The notes under the pieces: generated by a model
The model's database searches: none
What the model saw: the letters and a program-made list of their open reading frames with translations, nothing else
Told to the model about the DNA's origin: nothing
Shown: positions 13,700-27,555 of the stretch, piece by piece
Position numbering within the stretch: the first letter of the stretch is position 1
Layout: every line of letters starts with the position of its first letter
From: Octopus sinensis
Lineage: Eukaryota
Reading direction: 5' to 3'
DNA: 64,000 bases
Assembly: GCF_006345805.1 (NCBI RefSeq)
Contig: NC_043001.1
Location: forward strand, 50,530,001-50,594,000
Made by a program: the position numbers and the translations under genes

Positions 13700-14635
13700 C
13701 TAATCAAGGTATTTGTTGTTTAGAAGCCTGTTAATGGGCTAACAGTTACTTCTTATGATCTTACATTATTGGAACATTCAACTGTCAACATAGCGGCTTG
13801 TGAGAGACGACTGGTGTCCTGTGATGGAAAAACAATGGATTGTGTGCCTTCACCATGAGGGCCAGTCAAATTCTGAGATAGCAACTACTGTAGGAAGGTC
13901 TAGAAATGTTGTGCAATGAACTGTAGCTAGTTTTAAGTCATCAGGATCAACAGATACTAAACCCAAAACCAGTAAAGCCTATATAACTTCAAGACAGGAT
14001 TGTATTATGGTTAGAATGTCACTGAAGGATAGGTTTAAGAGTGCTGTTGAGATATCCTGCGAGTTTAGCACCACTTCCAATGTCAATGCCACCCGCAAAA
14101 CAGTTTCTCATATGTTATGAGGTACTGGGTTGCTTCCTCAGGCACCAGCAAAGAAACCACTGATCTCAAGAAGAATCAAAGATCCCGTCTTCATTTTGCT
14201 CACAAACATGTTTGGACAGATGAACAGTAGTCGCAAATTCATTTTAATGATGAATCAAAGTTTAATGTGATTGGTTCTGATGGCGGGATGTACATCCGAC
14301 AAAGAAGTGGTGAAAGGTTATCTCATGCATGTGTGAAGAAGACAATGAAATATGGAGGAGGCAATGTAATGGTATGGGGAGTGATCTCTCCTGCTGGTCC
14401 TGGACCACTTATTTGCCTACAAGAGACTGTCAATGCTGAAAATCTACGAACAGATTCTTAGACAACATGCCCTTCCACATCTCTGATCCTTGTCAGTTCA
14501 ACTTCCTATCTTTGTGCAGGACAACGATCCCTGTCACACTGAAAAAAGACAAAGATTTTTTTGAGTGATGAAGGCGTTGATCTCATGGAGTGGCCACCTC
14601 AAAGTCCCGATCTCAACCCTATAGAAATTAATTCA
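13700..14635 (+). mobile_element. Tc1-family transposase remnant
   Basis: TMKYGGGNVMVWG, FVQDNDPCH and WPPQSPDLNPIE motifs with frameshifts. Confidence 0.85.
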
Positions 14636-14739
14636 GTCCTGTGGTAACAGATATCAGGAGGTCATTGATAGAAAAGGGATGTTCACAAAATATTAATAGT
14701 AAGGGTTTCTATAGGTGAGGATTAGTGACAGAAAGAGCA

Positions 14740-14972
14740 AGGCAGCGAGCTGGCAGAAACGTTAGCACGCTGGGCGAAATGCTTAGCGGTATTTCATCTG
14801 CCATTACATTCTGAGTTCAAATTCCGCCGAAGTCGACTTTGCTTTTCATCCTTTCGGGGTCAATAAATTAAGTACCAGTTATGTACTGGAGTAAATGTAA
14901 TCAACTTAATCCCCTTGTCTGTCCTTGTTTATCCCCTCTATGTTTAGCCCCTTGTGGGCAATAAAGAAATAA
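14740..14972 (+). mobile_element. tRNA-related SINE, family B (long-tail form)
   Basis: GAGCTGGCAGAA...TTCTGAGTTCAAATTCCGCC...GTACCAGTT...TTAGCCCCTTGTGGGCAATAAAG. Other family B copies at ~2750-2995, 3322-3520, 4380-4597, 6282-6497, 21988-22865 (three), 26140-26385, 52375-52835 and 53660-53860. Confidence 0.8.
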
Positions 14973-16813
14973 CAAAGAGCATTATTTAACCATAGAAAAA
15001 TCTGTCTCAAGAAAATTCTGTCCAAACCATGGAAGTATAGAAAAGGAGGACATTAAAAAAAAAACGCATAAAAGAAAATGAATATTTGCCTAATGCTGCC
15101 AATGCAAAAAAGGATAATTAATTAAGATGATAAAACTGGCTGACATAAGGAAGTAATTATTTTTCACTAATTGTTTCTAATTCAGGCACATGATCAGACG
15201 AGTGTGGGATTAACTGATCACACTGAACTGAGTACTAGATTATTACTTTATTTTACCAACCCCAGAAAATGAAAGCAAAGTTGACCTCGACAGGATTAGA
15301 AATCAGATTGTAAAGATCTATAACAAATATCATAAAGCATTTTTGTTTAGGGGGCTGTACCTCTGAAAAACCTGTAAAATACGCACCCCTTCTCTAATTT
15401 GAGTCAAGGAGGTCTATATAACGTCCTTGGTTTGTAAAAATGTATATGGCAACATCCTTTATTATTATTGTATATATAACATAATGCAAACATGTAGCTT
15501 TTTTGTGCATTTTGTTTGCAGAAAATAAAGAAATAACAGTAATAACACGAATAACGTTTAATAAATGTTGCTTACTGCTAATTATGGATGATTCTTTTAT
15601 GACTTCATTGTTTTCAGGTTTAGCTTAAAGTATTTTCGCGCACAATATTACAAAATGCGTCTGAATAAACATTGCCAGACAGCAAATAGAGACTCGGAAA
15701 TTGCTTAGAAAATAACTTTCATTTTTAACCTTGTATATAGTACGCACTAGGGATTTTGACCATTAAATTTGGGAAAAAAATGCGGATTATACTTGAGGAT
15801 TTACGGTATGTCTCCTTTCTTGGGACTAATTTAACTCCTACTAAATTTCCATTTTGAGAAGATATGTTAAAGCTATTCAACTGCTTAAATTTTTAATAGT
15901 TAATGCCAGTCTCCTTCATCTATCTCACCTGATGTTCCACAACATGTTAAGACCAATGCTTCTGGAACTACAAGTTTGAGTGTCATTCCTCAATTAACAT
16001 TGAGTAATAAAATTGCTTGCTTTCTTCTGCAGCATGTCCAGTAATCACCAATTCACTTCAAGAAAAGTTCATCATTGTAAATTCACAACTTTTTTTTTTT
16101 TGTAATAAAATAGTTTTTAACAATTAATGGTGAGATACTATGGATATATTTTCTTGGTAAACTTTCCTCACAGTGAAATTTCTTCACAGTGAACTGATGG
16201 CAGTGAACTTACCAGTAATCCTTCTCCAGAACCCTTTCTCACACTGAACAATCGAGAAAGAGACTGTGGCTATCTCAGAAAGCATTAGAAAATGGTAGAT
16301 CTTTCTATTTTAAGGTTATTTTATATTATATATTGATTGATTGGTAGACCTAATTAATACATTACTCAGTTTAACACCAGCACCAGGACTTCAAGTACCT
16401 TTAGTAGGATCAACTATGTTAAAAGCATCCAAACCAGGATAATTTCCTACCACTAGTCACTGCAGCCTTGAAAAGGGTTCTGGGCACTGTTCTTCCTCTT
16501 CTGACTGAGCCAAGGAAATAAAAAAAAACCCAACCATCTCAAATATATTTAGTCACAAAAGTAGAAGAAAAATGAAGAATGTTAAGATTTTTTATTGATG
16601 CAACTGTCTTCATTCATACACAACTTCTTGAGGCAACTATCTTCAGAGAGATACGGTAACGAAAGTGTTATAGTACTGGTCGCAGTACCTTGTGGTATAC
16701 TTTGGTTGAAAAATGGAAGCCATCATTTGCAATAAAAGTTAATACACTTTTACACTTATGTCTTTTAAACTGAAGTTAAATATTACAGTTAAACTAAATA
16801 TTAGTTAAACAAA

Positions 16814-17230
16814 CAGGTGTAGGAGTGGCTGTGTGGTAAGTAGCTTGCTTATGAACTACATGGTTCCGGGTTCAGTCCCACTGCGTGGCACCTTGGGCAA
16901 GTGTCTTCTACTATATCCTCGGGCTGACCAAAGCCTTGTGAGTGGATTTGGTAGACAGAAACTGAAAGAAGCCCGTCGTATATATGTATACATATATATG
17001 TTTGTGTGTATGTTTATGTGTCTGTGTTTGTCCCCCTCCTAACATCGCTTGACAACTAATGCTGGTGTGTTTACGTCCCCGTAACTTAGCGGTTCGGCAA
17101 AAGAGACCGATAGAATAAGTACTAGGGTTACAAAGAATAAGTCCTGGGGCCGATTTGCTCGACTAAAGGCAGTGCTCCAGCATGGCCACAGTCAAATGAC
17201 TGAAACAAGTAAAAGAGTAAAAGAGAGTAA
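16814..17230 (+). mobile_element. SINE family A copy (full length)
   Basis: Complete head, body and tail. Confidence 0.85.
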
Positions 17231-17734
17231 ACAGTTTGCTTCATAACAATTATTTCTCCTCTCATCAAAGATGATACCTAAAATGACAATAAGAATGAAA
17301 AAGAGCTACCAAGGACAGTAATATAAATATGTTTCAAGGGAATTCCATTTGTGCTTCAATGAAACTTAGATCCATGTTGACATTATGTAGGCAAGTATCT
17401 AGGGTAATGAACTCAACAGAAAGATTATAGTACAAAACTATTATGCAATAGTATATCTCTCCCTTCCTCTTTCTTTTCTTCCTTTTATTTTTACTGTAGT
17501 AGCAACACCATCCTACATATGAGATCAACACTTGAGAATTTAGTAAAACAATTGGTGAAAAATAAAAGTATTTTCTGGTTCTGAAAGCCTAGTTTTAAGG
17601 AATGCAGTTTTTTGCAATGTTAATCTCTTAATTTAAGATGACAAATTGAAATTACAAATTCTAACATGATAATTTTCCCAAAATACCAAATGCACTAATA
17701 TCATTACTTGCCTTGTGCCAACATTTGAAAGAAT

Positions 17735-17830
17735 AATAATAATAATTATTATTATTATTATTATAATTTTATTATTATTGTTATTATTATTATTATAATT
17801 TTATTATTATTGTTATTATTATTATTATAA

Positions 17831-17867
<37 letters not shown>

Positions 17868-17940
17868 ATTTTATGTTTATTATTATTATTATTATTATAA
17901 TTTTATTATTATTATTATTATTATTATTATAATTTTAATA
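17735..17940. repeat. (TTA)n microsatellite with higher-order TTATAATTTT interruptions
   Basis: Direct observation. Confidence 0.9.
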
Positions 17941-17954
17941 ATCAATCTCTGAAC

Positions 17955-20900
17955 GAGGTATAAACAGTAACTGCACGACAATTTGCCATCTCAATATGGC
18001 TAACTACTAAATTACAAGACTTTCACAAGCACTAACAATGTGAGCCACACTTTCAATCCTCTTCCCACACATTCTGCAGAGATTCACTGCACTTGTGTGG
18101 TATATATCCCTTTTCACTGAGTTGGTATTCAATGCCTAACCCTGGGCAGCGATGATTTGGCTTTCAGTTTTCTTTTATAGGTCAGCCTTGCTAAGCCACC
18201 TCCATGATGGTTCCAAGTCTTTTAATTTGTTAGTTTCATGGTGGAACTGACCATGTTATTCCATGCAGAGTAGAGTTTCTTCTCTCTTCTTGGCTGTTCG
18301 TGATTGGAATTCATGAGCATTCTCAAGTCCATTTTTGGTAAATCCTTCTGCATTAGCAGCATACTGTAGGCAGTCTTGTTTATTGATTACCAAATATCCT
18401 TTTTACTGTTGATGCGCTACCATATGCTAATCAGCCCATATCCACTTTTACCCCACTTCAGGTAGAGCCTGTGTACATTCGCCTTAGGATGGAAGGCACC
18501 ACGCACTGTCATTGTCTTTTGGGTAGTGCAATCGAGTTGGTTAATCTCTGCTTGTAACCATTTCAGGATGGGTGCACTATAGCAGACTACAGCAATAGCT
18601 CATATGTTGATGGCAGCGACAAGATTCCTTGAGTTGAGTTTTGATTTCAAGAGAAGTTTGAGGCACTTGAAATATGCATTGATGACTTTGTCTTTCATTT
18701 ATCTTTCCAAGATATTCAGGATATTGTCCAGCTCCAGGATCCCAAGGTACTTGTATCCCTCATCATCTGGGTCTTCCATTCTCTCTCCGTTTGGCAATTC
18801 TATGCCCTTACAATTTGCTCTTTTCTCCCATTTCAAAATGAGCACCGCACACTTCGAGATACCAAATTCCATCCCTATATCCTTGCTGCACATCTGCACA
18901 GTCTCAACCAACCTCTCCATTTCAAGCTCTGTTTTTGCAAACAGTTTTAAATCACCGTTGAAGAGAAGGTGGTTGAGATGAGGTCCGTTCTTTCTCAGCT
19001 CATAGTACACATTGACTTTGCATAGGTCTACAGAAAGTGGGATCAAAGCTATAACAAATAACAAAGGTGAACAAGAGTTTCCCTGGAAGATGCCTATTTT
19101 GATTGTTACCTCAGCTAAGTGCTGATTATTACAGAAAAGATGTGTTTTCTAACTAGGTATTCACACACGCTCTCAGCTATTCCACACATCAAGTGTTTTC
19201 AAAATCCACAAATGTGGCAACATATTGTTAACCTTTTTAAAGTCTATCCAGGCCATGCACATGTCTTTTTGGTACCATTAACAGTTCTTCTTTACGACCT
19301 TGTCTATCACAAGGTGGTCCTCTACGCCATCCCTTTTGATCTACTGGAAGTAGATTGCTTTCCACAAGGATCAAATATATTTTCCCTGTGAGGATGCCTG
19401 TTAACACTTTCCATAGGAGGTTAAGACAAGCAATGGGTTGGTAATTGTCAACTTCATTGCCCTTTGACTGATCTTTCATCAACGTAGTCTTTCCCTCTAT
19501 AATCCACTCCAGAACTGCACCACTCTCGGCAACTGTCTAATTGCAACACAATTTCCTAATGTATTGACCTAAACCACTTGAGCCAGTAGTCTTGAAATCA
19601 GTCTGGTCCTGCCACTTTCCAGTTTGACAGTTTTGATACCTGTGCAATTACATCTTCCGTTGTTATGCGCATATGGTCCTGTCATGGAGCCTCCAGGTGA
19701 TGGAGTTTGGATCTCACAGAATGAATCCACTTAGCACTGTGGTTATGAGAAACTTCTTGCCCCCAGATGTTATTCCAAAATTGGCAGATTTCCTCTGCTT
19801 CAGGAGGTATATTATCTTCTGTATCTCCTCCGAAGCTCTTAAAAAACTGCCTCTGGTCCTTTGAGAATAACCGATTGTGCTGGAACTGAAATATGCAATC
19901 AGTGTAGTGTTGCACTGCCTTTGCACCTTTTTTAGCATTTTCCCATTGCCCTTTGGACTATTCTTCTATGTGACTTAAATCTTTACGCAAAGTTTTAATA
20001 TTGCCTTCAATTCTCCGCTTCCATCATGGATCCTTCTGTCCATCTGCTTTCCTCTCTTTTTTCCAAACAGTTTACCTACTAAAATTGAAGCAATTCTGAT
20101 CAAGTCCCTTGTTTCCATTAGATCTTTTATCAGAATGTATTTCAGAATCTCATCAACTCCTTGAGTCACGTGTTTCACATTGTTACAGTTGAAGCATCCC
20201 AAATTCACCATCTTGGTCTCTGTTCTTGTTACTATTATATCCTCAAGTCTTATCCTGAGGTTTCTCTGTTTTTCAGTCATATCCTCTTGTAATACAAGGT
20301 TTTCTACATTACATTGATTAGCCAGCCTCTCCCCTACAACTCCACCTACATTAGCATTTGCTGATCTTCACCTACATTATTCTCCTCGAGGTTATCGCCA
20401 CTACAGAGGCTTTTCCTGATTGTCTGAATCTGGGCCTCATTAAGAAAGCTTCTATTTTGAATTATTCTTATCTTATTCATGAGCCCATTTCCAGTAATCT
20501 GGAACATACCCAGCTGGTTCCAAAGTTCTAATGATCTTTTTCCAACATCTTTACAATTGCCATTGTTCTTGTCTAGCAAGGCTTGTTCATGACACTGAAT
20601 TGCTTTTTTGTTCATATCAACAGGTCACTTGTGTTTGCAAGCATGTTACATATTTTGACCAGTGGAATTTGGTCTTCCATTCCATTACTCTCTGAGGAGC
20701 CCCTACCAGATGCAGGAGATCTGGTGTCTTGGACATCCAGGAAGTCTTCTCGTTCATACCGTTATTTGGGTTTGAAATTGTTGTCATCATTGCAAAGAAT
20801 GAGAAAAATTTTGTTTACAGGATTTGCTTCCTGGGTGTGTTTATTTGAGATCTTCGTATAAAGGGTTACCCCAAATACAACACCAGCTCTAACTGCCATT

Positions 20901-21290
20901 CAAGAATTTGGACCTGGAGATCTCCATTTCTAGCGACTTCGAGGGCCACCTCCCAGTTATGTTGGGCATCAACGAAGAGCCCTTGACTACAACAAGACGA
21001 CCAAAGTTTTTTTTTTCCCAAGGTCTGGGGTCTCCCGCCCCTATGCCCTAGACCATCACCTAATCCCCCTTACCCGTCTTGTTGCTTAACAACAACAACG
21101 ATGAGCTCTAACTTGGTTGCTGGCTAAGGCTTTGGGATGCCAAGTTTACCTTGTGTAAATTTCCACAGGCCTCCCACAGATGTAGAGGTTACACTGACCT
21201 ATGCAGGGCAAGGGTGGCACCAATTCCCTGCGCTGTTCACATGAACAGCCGCATGCAGAATTACACTATCTGATCTGTCCTTCCTCTACG
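17955..21290 (-). mobile_element. Long degenerate R4/Dong-type retrotransposon (putative 5' region, RT, zinc knuckle; RLE missing)
   Basis: Fragments NYQPIACLNLLWKVLTGIL, LFVIALIPLS, HLLF.GDLKLFAK, GMEFGISKCAVL, YKYLGILELD and ESVAHIVSAC; many stops and frameshifts. Confidence 0.85.
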
Positions 21291-22996
21291 ATGTTAGGTG
21301 CAATTTGAAAGAGATGTAACTACTCATTCTATCATGCCTAATGACTTCTTAGAGTTCATTGCTCACTTGTAGTCCTCTTAAATGGACAGGTTCAGCATAT
21401 GAAAACCAAGATCCTTGCTTTTGTCCTTACTTCTGTAACCACAGCAAGTGTTTTTATCATTGTTGTTTTTGTCACTAGCTAGGCTATGTTCTCTAACCAC
21501 AGGATCCGAGAGGGATGGGTCGGTTGGCAAGTTGTAGTTGTTGTCTTTGTCTGGGTAGCTTTCTATCGCCATTGTCAACTGCTGCCTTTATTGTTGAATT
21601 TATGTATAGTAGTAGTAATAGTAGCAGAGCAGTGGCAACAGCAGTAGCAGTATTTACTACTACTAGCAATCAATGACAGAGCTGACTGTGCGTGGCCTTG
21701 GAAAGAACCAATCACCTTGTTCTGTTTTAATTACTGATAGAAAAAATAATAATATATATAAACTGATATTTACATCGTTGAATTTTTCTTTGCTTTTTAT
21801 AGGTTTTGCAATGGTTTACAGTTTTCATAATTGTGCAGTTTGTATATATTGGCAGTTGCTTATCTCCTTAGTTTTTATCGTACGTTTAATTTGTTGTTGC
21901 AATAAAAGATGTGTTTACATATTCGAGTAGTCAGGGAGAAAAGAAGGGTAAAAGTTTCACAGAAAATTGTAGTTATTAAAGTTTAAAAATTTTCTAAAGA
22001 TGATTGTGACAAGCTGGTAGAATTGTTAGCATGGTGGACAAAATGCTTTGCAACATTTCATCCAGTTTAATGTTCTGAGTCCAAAATATAGTAATGTCAA
22101 CTTTGCCTTTCAACCATTTCGTGATTGATAAAATAAATACCAATTGAGCATTGAGGTCAATTACATCGATTAACCCCTTCCCCAAAATTTTTCAGGCCCC
22201 GTGCCTAGAGTAGAAATTACTATTATTATTATTACTATTATTATTATTACTATTATTATTACTAATATGTAAAGACAAGATATGTTTGGCGTTAGGAAGG
22301 GCATCCAGTTGTAGAAACACTGCCAGATCAGACTGGAGCCTGGTGCAGCCCCTGGCTTCCCAGACCCCGGTCGAACCGTCCAACCCGTGCTAGCGCGGAA
22401 AACGGACGTTAAATGATGATGATGATGATTATTATTACTAATATGATGATCTTGTAGAATCGTTACTATGCCAAGCAAAATGCTTAGCGGCATTTCATCA
22501 ATCTTTACATTCTGGGTTCAAATTCTACCAAGGTCAACTTTACCTTTCATCCTTTCAGGGTCAATAAACTAAGAACCAGTTGTATACTGGGGTTGATGTA
22601 ATCGACTGTTCCCTCCCCCAAATTTCAGGCCTTGTGCCTATAGTAGAATTATTAAAGTGGTGAGCTGGCAGAATCATTAGCATGCCAGACAAAATGCTTA
22701 GTGGTATTTCTTCTAGCTTTACATTCTGAGTTCAGAGTCAGCTGAGGTCAACTTTGCCTTTCATCCTTTTGGGGTTGATAAAACAAGGACCAGTTGAACA
22801 ATGGAGTTCATGTAATCAACAAGACCCTTCCTCCAAAATTTCAAGGCTTGTGCCTAGAGCAGAAAGAATTATTTCTAAAAGGACTCATTTTAAAATTTCA
22901 TTCAGTAGAAAAACCAGAGGAATAGTCTAGACTACAAAGTAATTTATTTGAAGAAAGATACGCAGCCAGGAAAAGAGAAAAATTAAACATGACACG

Positions 22997-23385
22997 AGGC
23001 ATAGGAGTGGCTGTGTGGTAAGTAGCTTGCTTACGAACCACATGGTTCCGGGTTCAGTCCCACTGTGTGGCACTTTGTGCAAGTGTCTTCTACTATAGCT
23101 CAGGCCAACCAAAGCCTTGTAAGTGGATTTGGTAGATGGAAACTGAAAGAAGCCTGTCGTATATATTATATATATATATATATGTATGTGTGTGTACATG
23201 TTTGTCCCCCTAACATTGCTTGACAACCGATGCTGGTGTGTTTACATCCCCTTAACTTTGGCAAAAGAGACCAATAGAATAAGTACTGGGCTTACAAAGA
23301 ATAAGTCCCGGGGTCGACTTGCTCAACTAAAGGCGGTGCTCCAGCATGGCCACAGTCACATGACTGAAACAAGTAAAAGAGAGTA
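22997..23385 (+). mobile_element. SINE family A copy (full length)
   Basis: Complete head, body and tail. Confidence 0.85.
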
Positions 23386-24562
23386 TGACATACACAACAG
23401 CATGTGGGAGGTTTCTTCGATATTGATCCAGATGACAAAGGACTATTATGAATAGTGAAATGCTATGTATGAGAGCAGCCCAATCCATGCCAGTATGGAG
23501 TGACAGGTATAAAATGAGGATAATGGCTGTGCACAAGGACAGCAATTTGTGAGGAGATGAGTTTATCTGATAACACTAATTTCAATACTTGACTGATATT
23601 TTATTTCATCTGCCTGCTAAAGGCTGAAAGGTACAGGTGACCTCAGCAAGATTTGAAATCAGAAGATAAAGACTTGGAACAAATATATTTTGTCTGATGC
23701 TCAAATGATTCTGCCAGTACACCACCGTTTTTAAAGGCAGTGATATGAGGATAGTAAAAAGAGTTAGGGTTAACATCATCCCCATCATCATCATCCTCAT
23801 TATTTCATATCTGCTCTCCATGCCGGCATGGGTCAGAGTTTGACTGAGCTGGAGAGCTACACCAGCTTCCATTCAACACCTAGACATTCTTTGGTGCACA
23901 TTGCTAGTAGAGCAGCCATGCTTACACTGTAAAGCCAAAAAGAAAAATGGCATGAACAGGCTCAAACTTTGATCATGTGACCACAATAGTACCAACTATA
24001 AACACGCACGCACAGAAGGCAGTGTGACAATAATAAAGAGATGTTATGGCAAAAGTGTGGATAATTTTTGACTTTTCCTCGTATATATGATTATATATAT
24101 ATGCTCTGTCTGGCACCAGTGCGGGTGGCACGTAAAAAGCACCCACTACACTCACGGAGTGGTTGGCGTTAGGAAGGGCATCCAGCCGTAGAAACACTGC
24201 CAGATTTGACTGGGCCTGATGAAGCCTTCTGGCTTCACAGACCCCAGTAGAACCGTCCAACCCATGCTAGCATGGAAAACGGACGCTAAATGATGATGAT
24301 GATGATGACATATATGAATTAATGTAGACTTACATTGTATTCAATATTTCGAGGTTATGGCCCATTTTCAAGAAATTTACGAATGTTGCAGATTATTGTT
24401 TATTTTCTTGAAATTAGGGTCATAACTTAGAAATATTGAATACAAGGTAAGTCTACATTAATTCACATATTTGTTTTCTTGTGATTTGCCTTGCATTGCT
24501 TTGGCCTTACCCACAATCCTTTACGCAATATCTTCTACACAATGTTTCATACCAATTATTCC

Positions 24563-24602
<40 letters not shown>

Positions 24603-24644
24603 TACATATATACACACATACACACACACACGCACACACATACC

Positions 24645-25135
24645 CTCCATCAGGCATTTGCCATATTCTGAACGCCTTACTTCCCTGGGCATGGATACAT
24701 TGAAACTCCAACATCTGGCAGCTGACTTGGCAGACACCCATAAAATTATTAACCATCTTACAAACAATAACTCTGAGCACCTTTTCAAACTCCATCTGTC
24801 TAACACCCATGGACATGTTTACAAAGTCAGAAAACAGCACAGCTCCCATGACTTTTGGAAACATTTTTTCATGCTAAGAGTTGCTGAAGCATGGAACAAA
24901 CTGCCGGCATCAGTTGTTAGTTGTCGGAGCACTGCATCCTTCAAAACTTCCATGCTTCCTGAGATTTGCCAACACTACACCTGATTTTCTCCCCTCCATA
25001 CACACGCAAGCATGTATCTGACTCATACATTGTTCGCTTTCCAGACATTTGTACATTACTGCATATGCTTTATACACACTTTTGACAAGTTGTGGTGCAC
25101 CTGAGCACCATATACAATAATTTCATTATTATATC
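24645..25135 (+). mobile_element. CR1-clade LINE 3' fragment
   Basis: LPYSERLTSLG...GHVYKV...FFMLRVAEAWNKLP C-terminal motif plus the 3' UTR. Confidence 0.8.
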
Positions 25136-27336
25136 TTTTTATTCTTTAACTTGTTTCAGTCAGTATTACCAACTAAACTCCTCTCCTCACACATTGTGGT
25201 CCTTATACCTCAATTAGCAACCATTATCCTCATTTTACACCTATTTTCCCATATTGATATCAATTGGATAACTCTCAAAGCATTTCACCATTCACTATTA
25301 GTCCTTTGTCATTTGACACAATGCCAAACTGTCCAACATTGTTGTTATATACAATATTTTATCAACTTTTTTTTCGCAGTTGGATGATTTTCCCCTCATA
25401 AAATCACTTTACAGTCTAGTTTGTAGAGTGGTTTATAATGTCGCTGGCATTAAACCAGAAAACTGCTCTGAGCTCCAATGTCTGTGTTCGCCTGGTTTCT
25501 GCAACTGGATGCCCTTCCTAATACCAGTGATGTTATGGAGTGAACTAGATTCTTTCAGGAGGCTGGTATGTAATTGTATAATTGTACTTCTGTATTTGTG
25601 TTTTGTGTATATTGTGTAAAAACATCCTGTAGAGGGGAGTGTCAATTTTAAAAATATAAAATATATCATATTACTTGGCATGTCTCTGAAACAGCCCGTA
25701 GATGGAATTAAAAAATTTTTGTATTATTCTGTGTCATTTTAGTACGTCCTTTTAATGTTTTATCATCTCAAATTTTTATTACACTGATGTATTATAACTT
25801 TTAAATGTAAATTCACTGCATTTTATGTATCACATCAATATTTATCTATTTATATGTATTTATTTATAAGTGAGTAGGTCTGGAATATGTGGGCAGAAGC
25901 TCAAAATCAGACAGCTCCTCAGAGTATTTTGAGGAAGATTTGGCTGAGATTTTTTTTTTTGTTAGTCAAGAGGAGAGATAATGCACATGACCCTTTATAG
26001 GACCTCCAAGACTAGTGGGATGCACAAAGGATTGGGATGGTATTCTCAAAATGAGATCTGAGGAGTCTGCTGATGTTGTCCAACATGCCAGTGAATAATG
26101 TGTTAACCTGGATAATGGATGAACTCTACCACCCAATCAGGCTATGCTGGGATTTGAACTCAAAACGTAAAGAAGTGGAACAAATACCACAAAGTATGCA
26201 GTCTGATTTGATTTTCTGATAGTTCCGCCTTCACACCATCATGGATTAGTACTTTCATTTTTATTATTATTAATCCCATAAGATGGAAAGCAAAGTTGAG
26301 TTCAGAGGGATTTGAATTTGGAATCTCGGAGAGACAGAACAAATTCTGAGACATTCTATTCAACATCCTAACAACCCTGCCAATTTGCCTACACCAAGAT
26401 GGCAACCCCATCATCGAACTAATCTGTGGAGGACAGACGACCCACCCAGAGGAAACTTCAACCTGTTACAACACCAACTAGAAGAAACCAGACTATTTCT
26501 TCTAATTTTATATATTTATTTATTCATTTATTTCATCTGTGTGTATGTTTGTGTATGTGTGTGTTTCATCTGAGGAAACACAAGACATTTCTTTGCAATA
26601 TCCATTAGCATTAGATTAAGACATTAAATATTAAGTGCATTAAAACAAAGTAATACCAGAAGCAGCACTCTGCAATATTAGAATGCTTCCAAATCATTGT
26701 CATATAAAATTAAAAAAACACTGTATTTTAAATTTGTTTCTTAACACTGGTATATTAATCAGCTATTTTTACTAATAGGAGGACGACAATAGATTTCTAA
26801 TAACAATTATTAAAGTAGTGTGATCACATGGTTCTGGATTCAGCCTCACTGCATGCCACCCTGGGCAAGCAACTTCTACCACAGCCTTGGGCTGACCAAA
26901 GCCTTGTGAGTGGATTTGGTAGACTTGGGTTAAAACTTGGGGAACTTAGGTGCTGTAAACATCTCACTTTTATAGACACAGATGTGGCTTAGTGGTAAGA
27001 AGTTTACTTCCCAATCACACGGTTCCAAGTTCAGTCCCACTGTGTGGCACCTTCGAAAAGTGTCTTCTTCTAGAGCCTCAAGCCAACCAAAGCTTTGAGG
27101 ATGGATTTGGGAGACAGAAACTGTATGAAGCTTATTGTATGTGTGTGTGTGCCTTTGTGTCTGTATTTGTCCTCCACATGTACTTGACATTCAGTCTCTG
27201 TGTCCCAGGCACACATAGACTGAAAGGAAAAAAATAGGCTAGATGGTCATGACTGGAATAGGTCTATTTGATCAGAGATGATCTGAGGCTAAACATCAAC
27301 TTTTTTCTCTCTCTCTCTCACACACACTCTCTTTAA

Positions 27337-27555
27337 CCCCTTTTAGATACATGACGTTTTGGTTTGTGAAGACAAAAAGACCAGAACTTTTGTTGCTATT
27401 GAGATACATATACTGAAAGACAATCTCTGATTAGCTATTACACTTCAAAACCAAACATCGACAACATTTGCCCCATTGGGCCAATGGATCAGCCTCAAAG
27501 TCCTTTCAGCTTGTATCACATAGGCCGATCAATTAGCCTGGGTGTCCCAAGAGGG
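27337..27555. mobile_element. piggyBac-like MITE
   Basis: TTAA|CCCCTTT...AAGAGGG|TTAA. Confidence 0.45.

Noticed and set aside
16814-16890. tRNA-like A/B boxes (also 30330-30415, 47490-47575)
   Set aside because: These are SINE heads continuous with repeat bodies; no complete cloverleaf with an acceptor stem.
21180-21290. Possible HDV-like ribozyme in the 5' region of the R4/Dong element
   Set aside because: A GCAGG/CCTGC pairing exists, but L3, P1.1 and J4/2 do not fit the HDV consensus by eye.
24216-24240. CTGATGA followed by the hairpin AGCC-TTCT-GGCT
   Set aside because: No GAAA after stem II and no stem I/III; part of the RTE 3' UTR.
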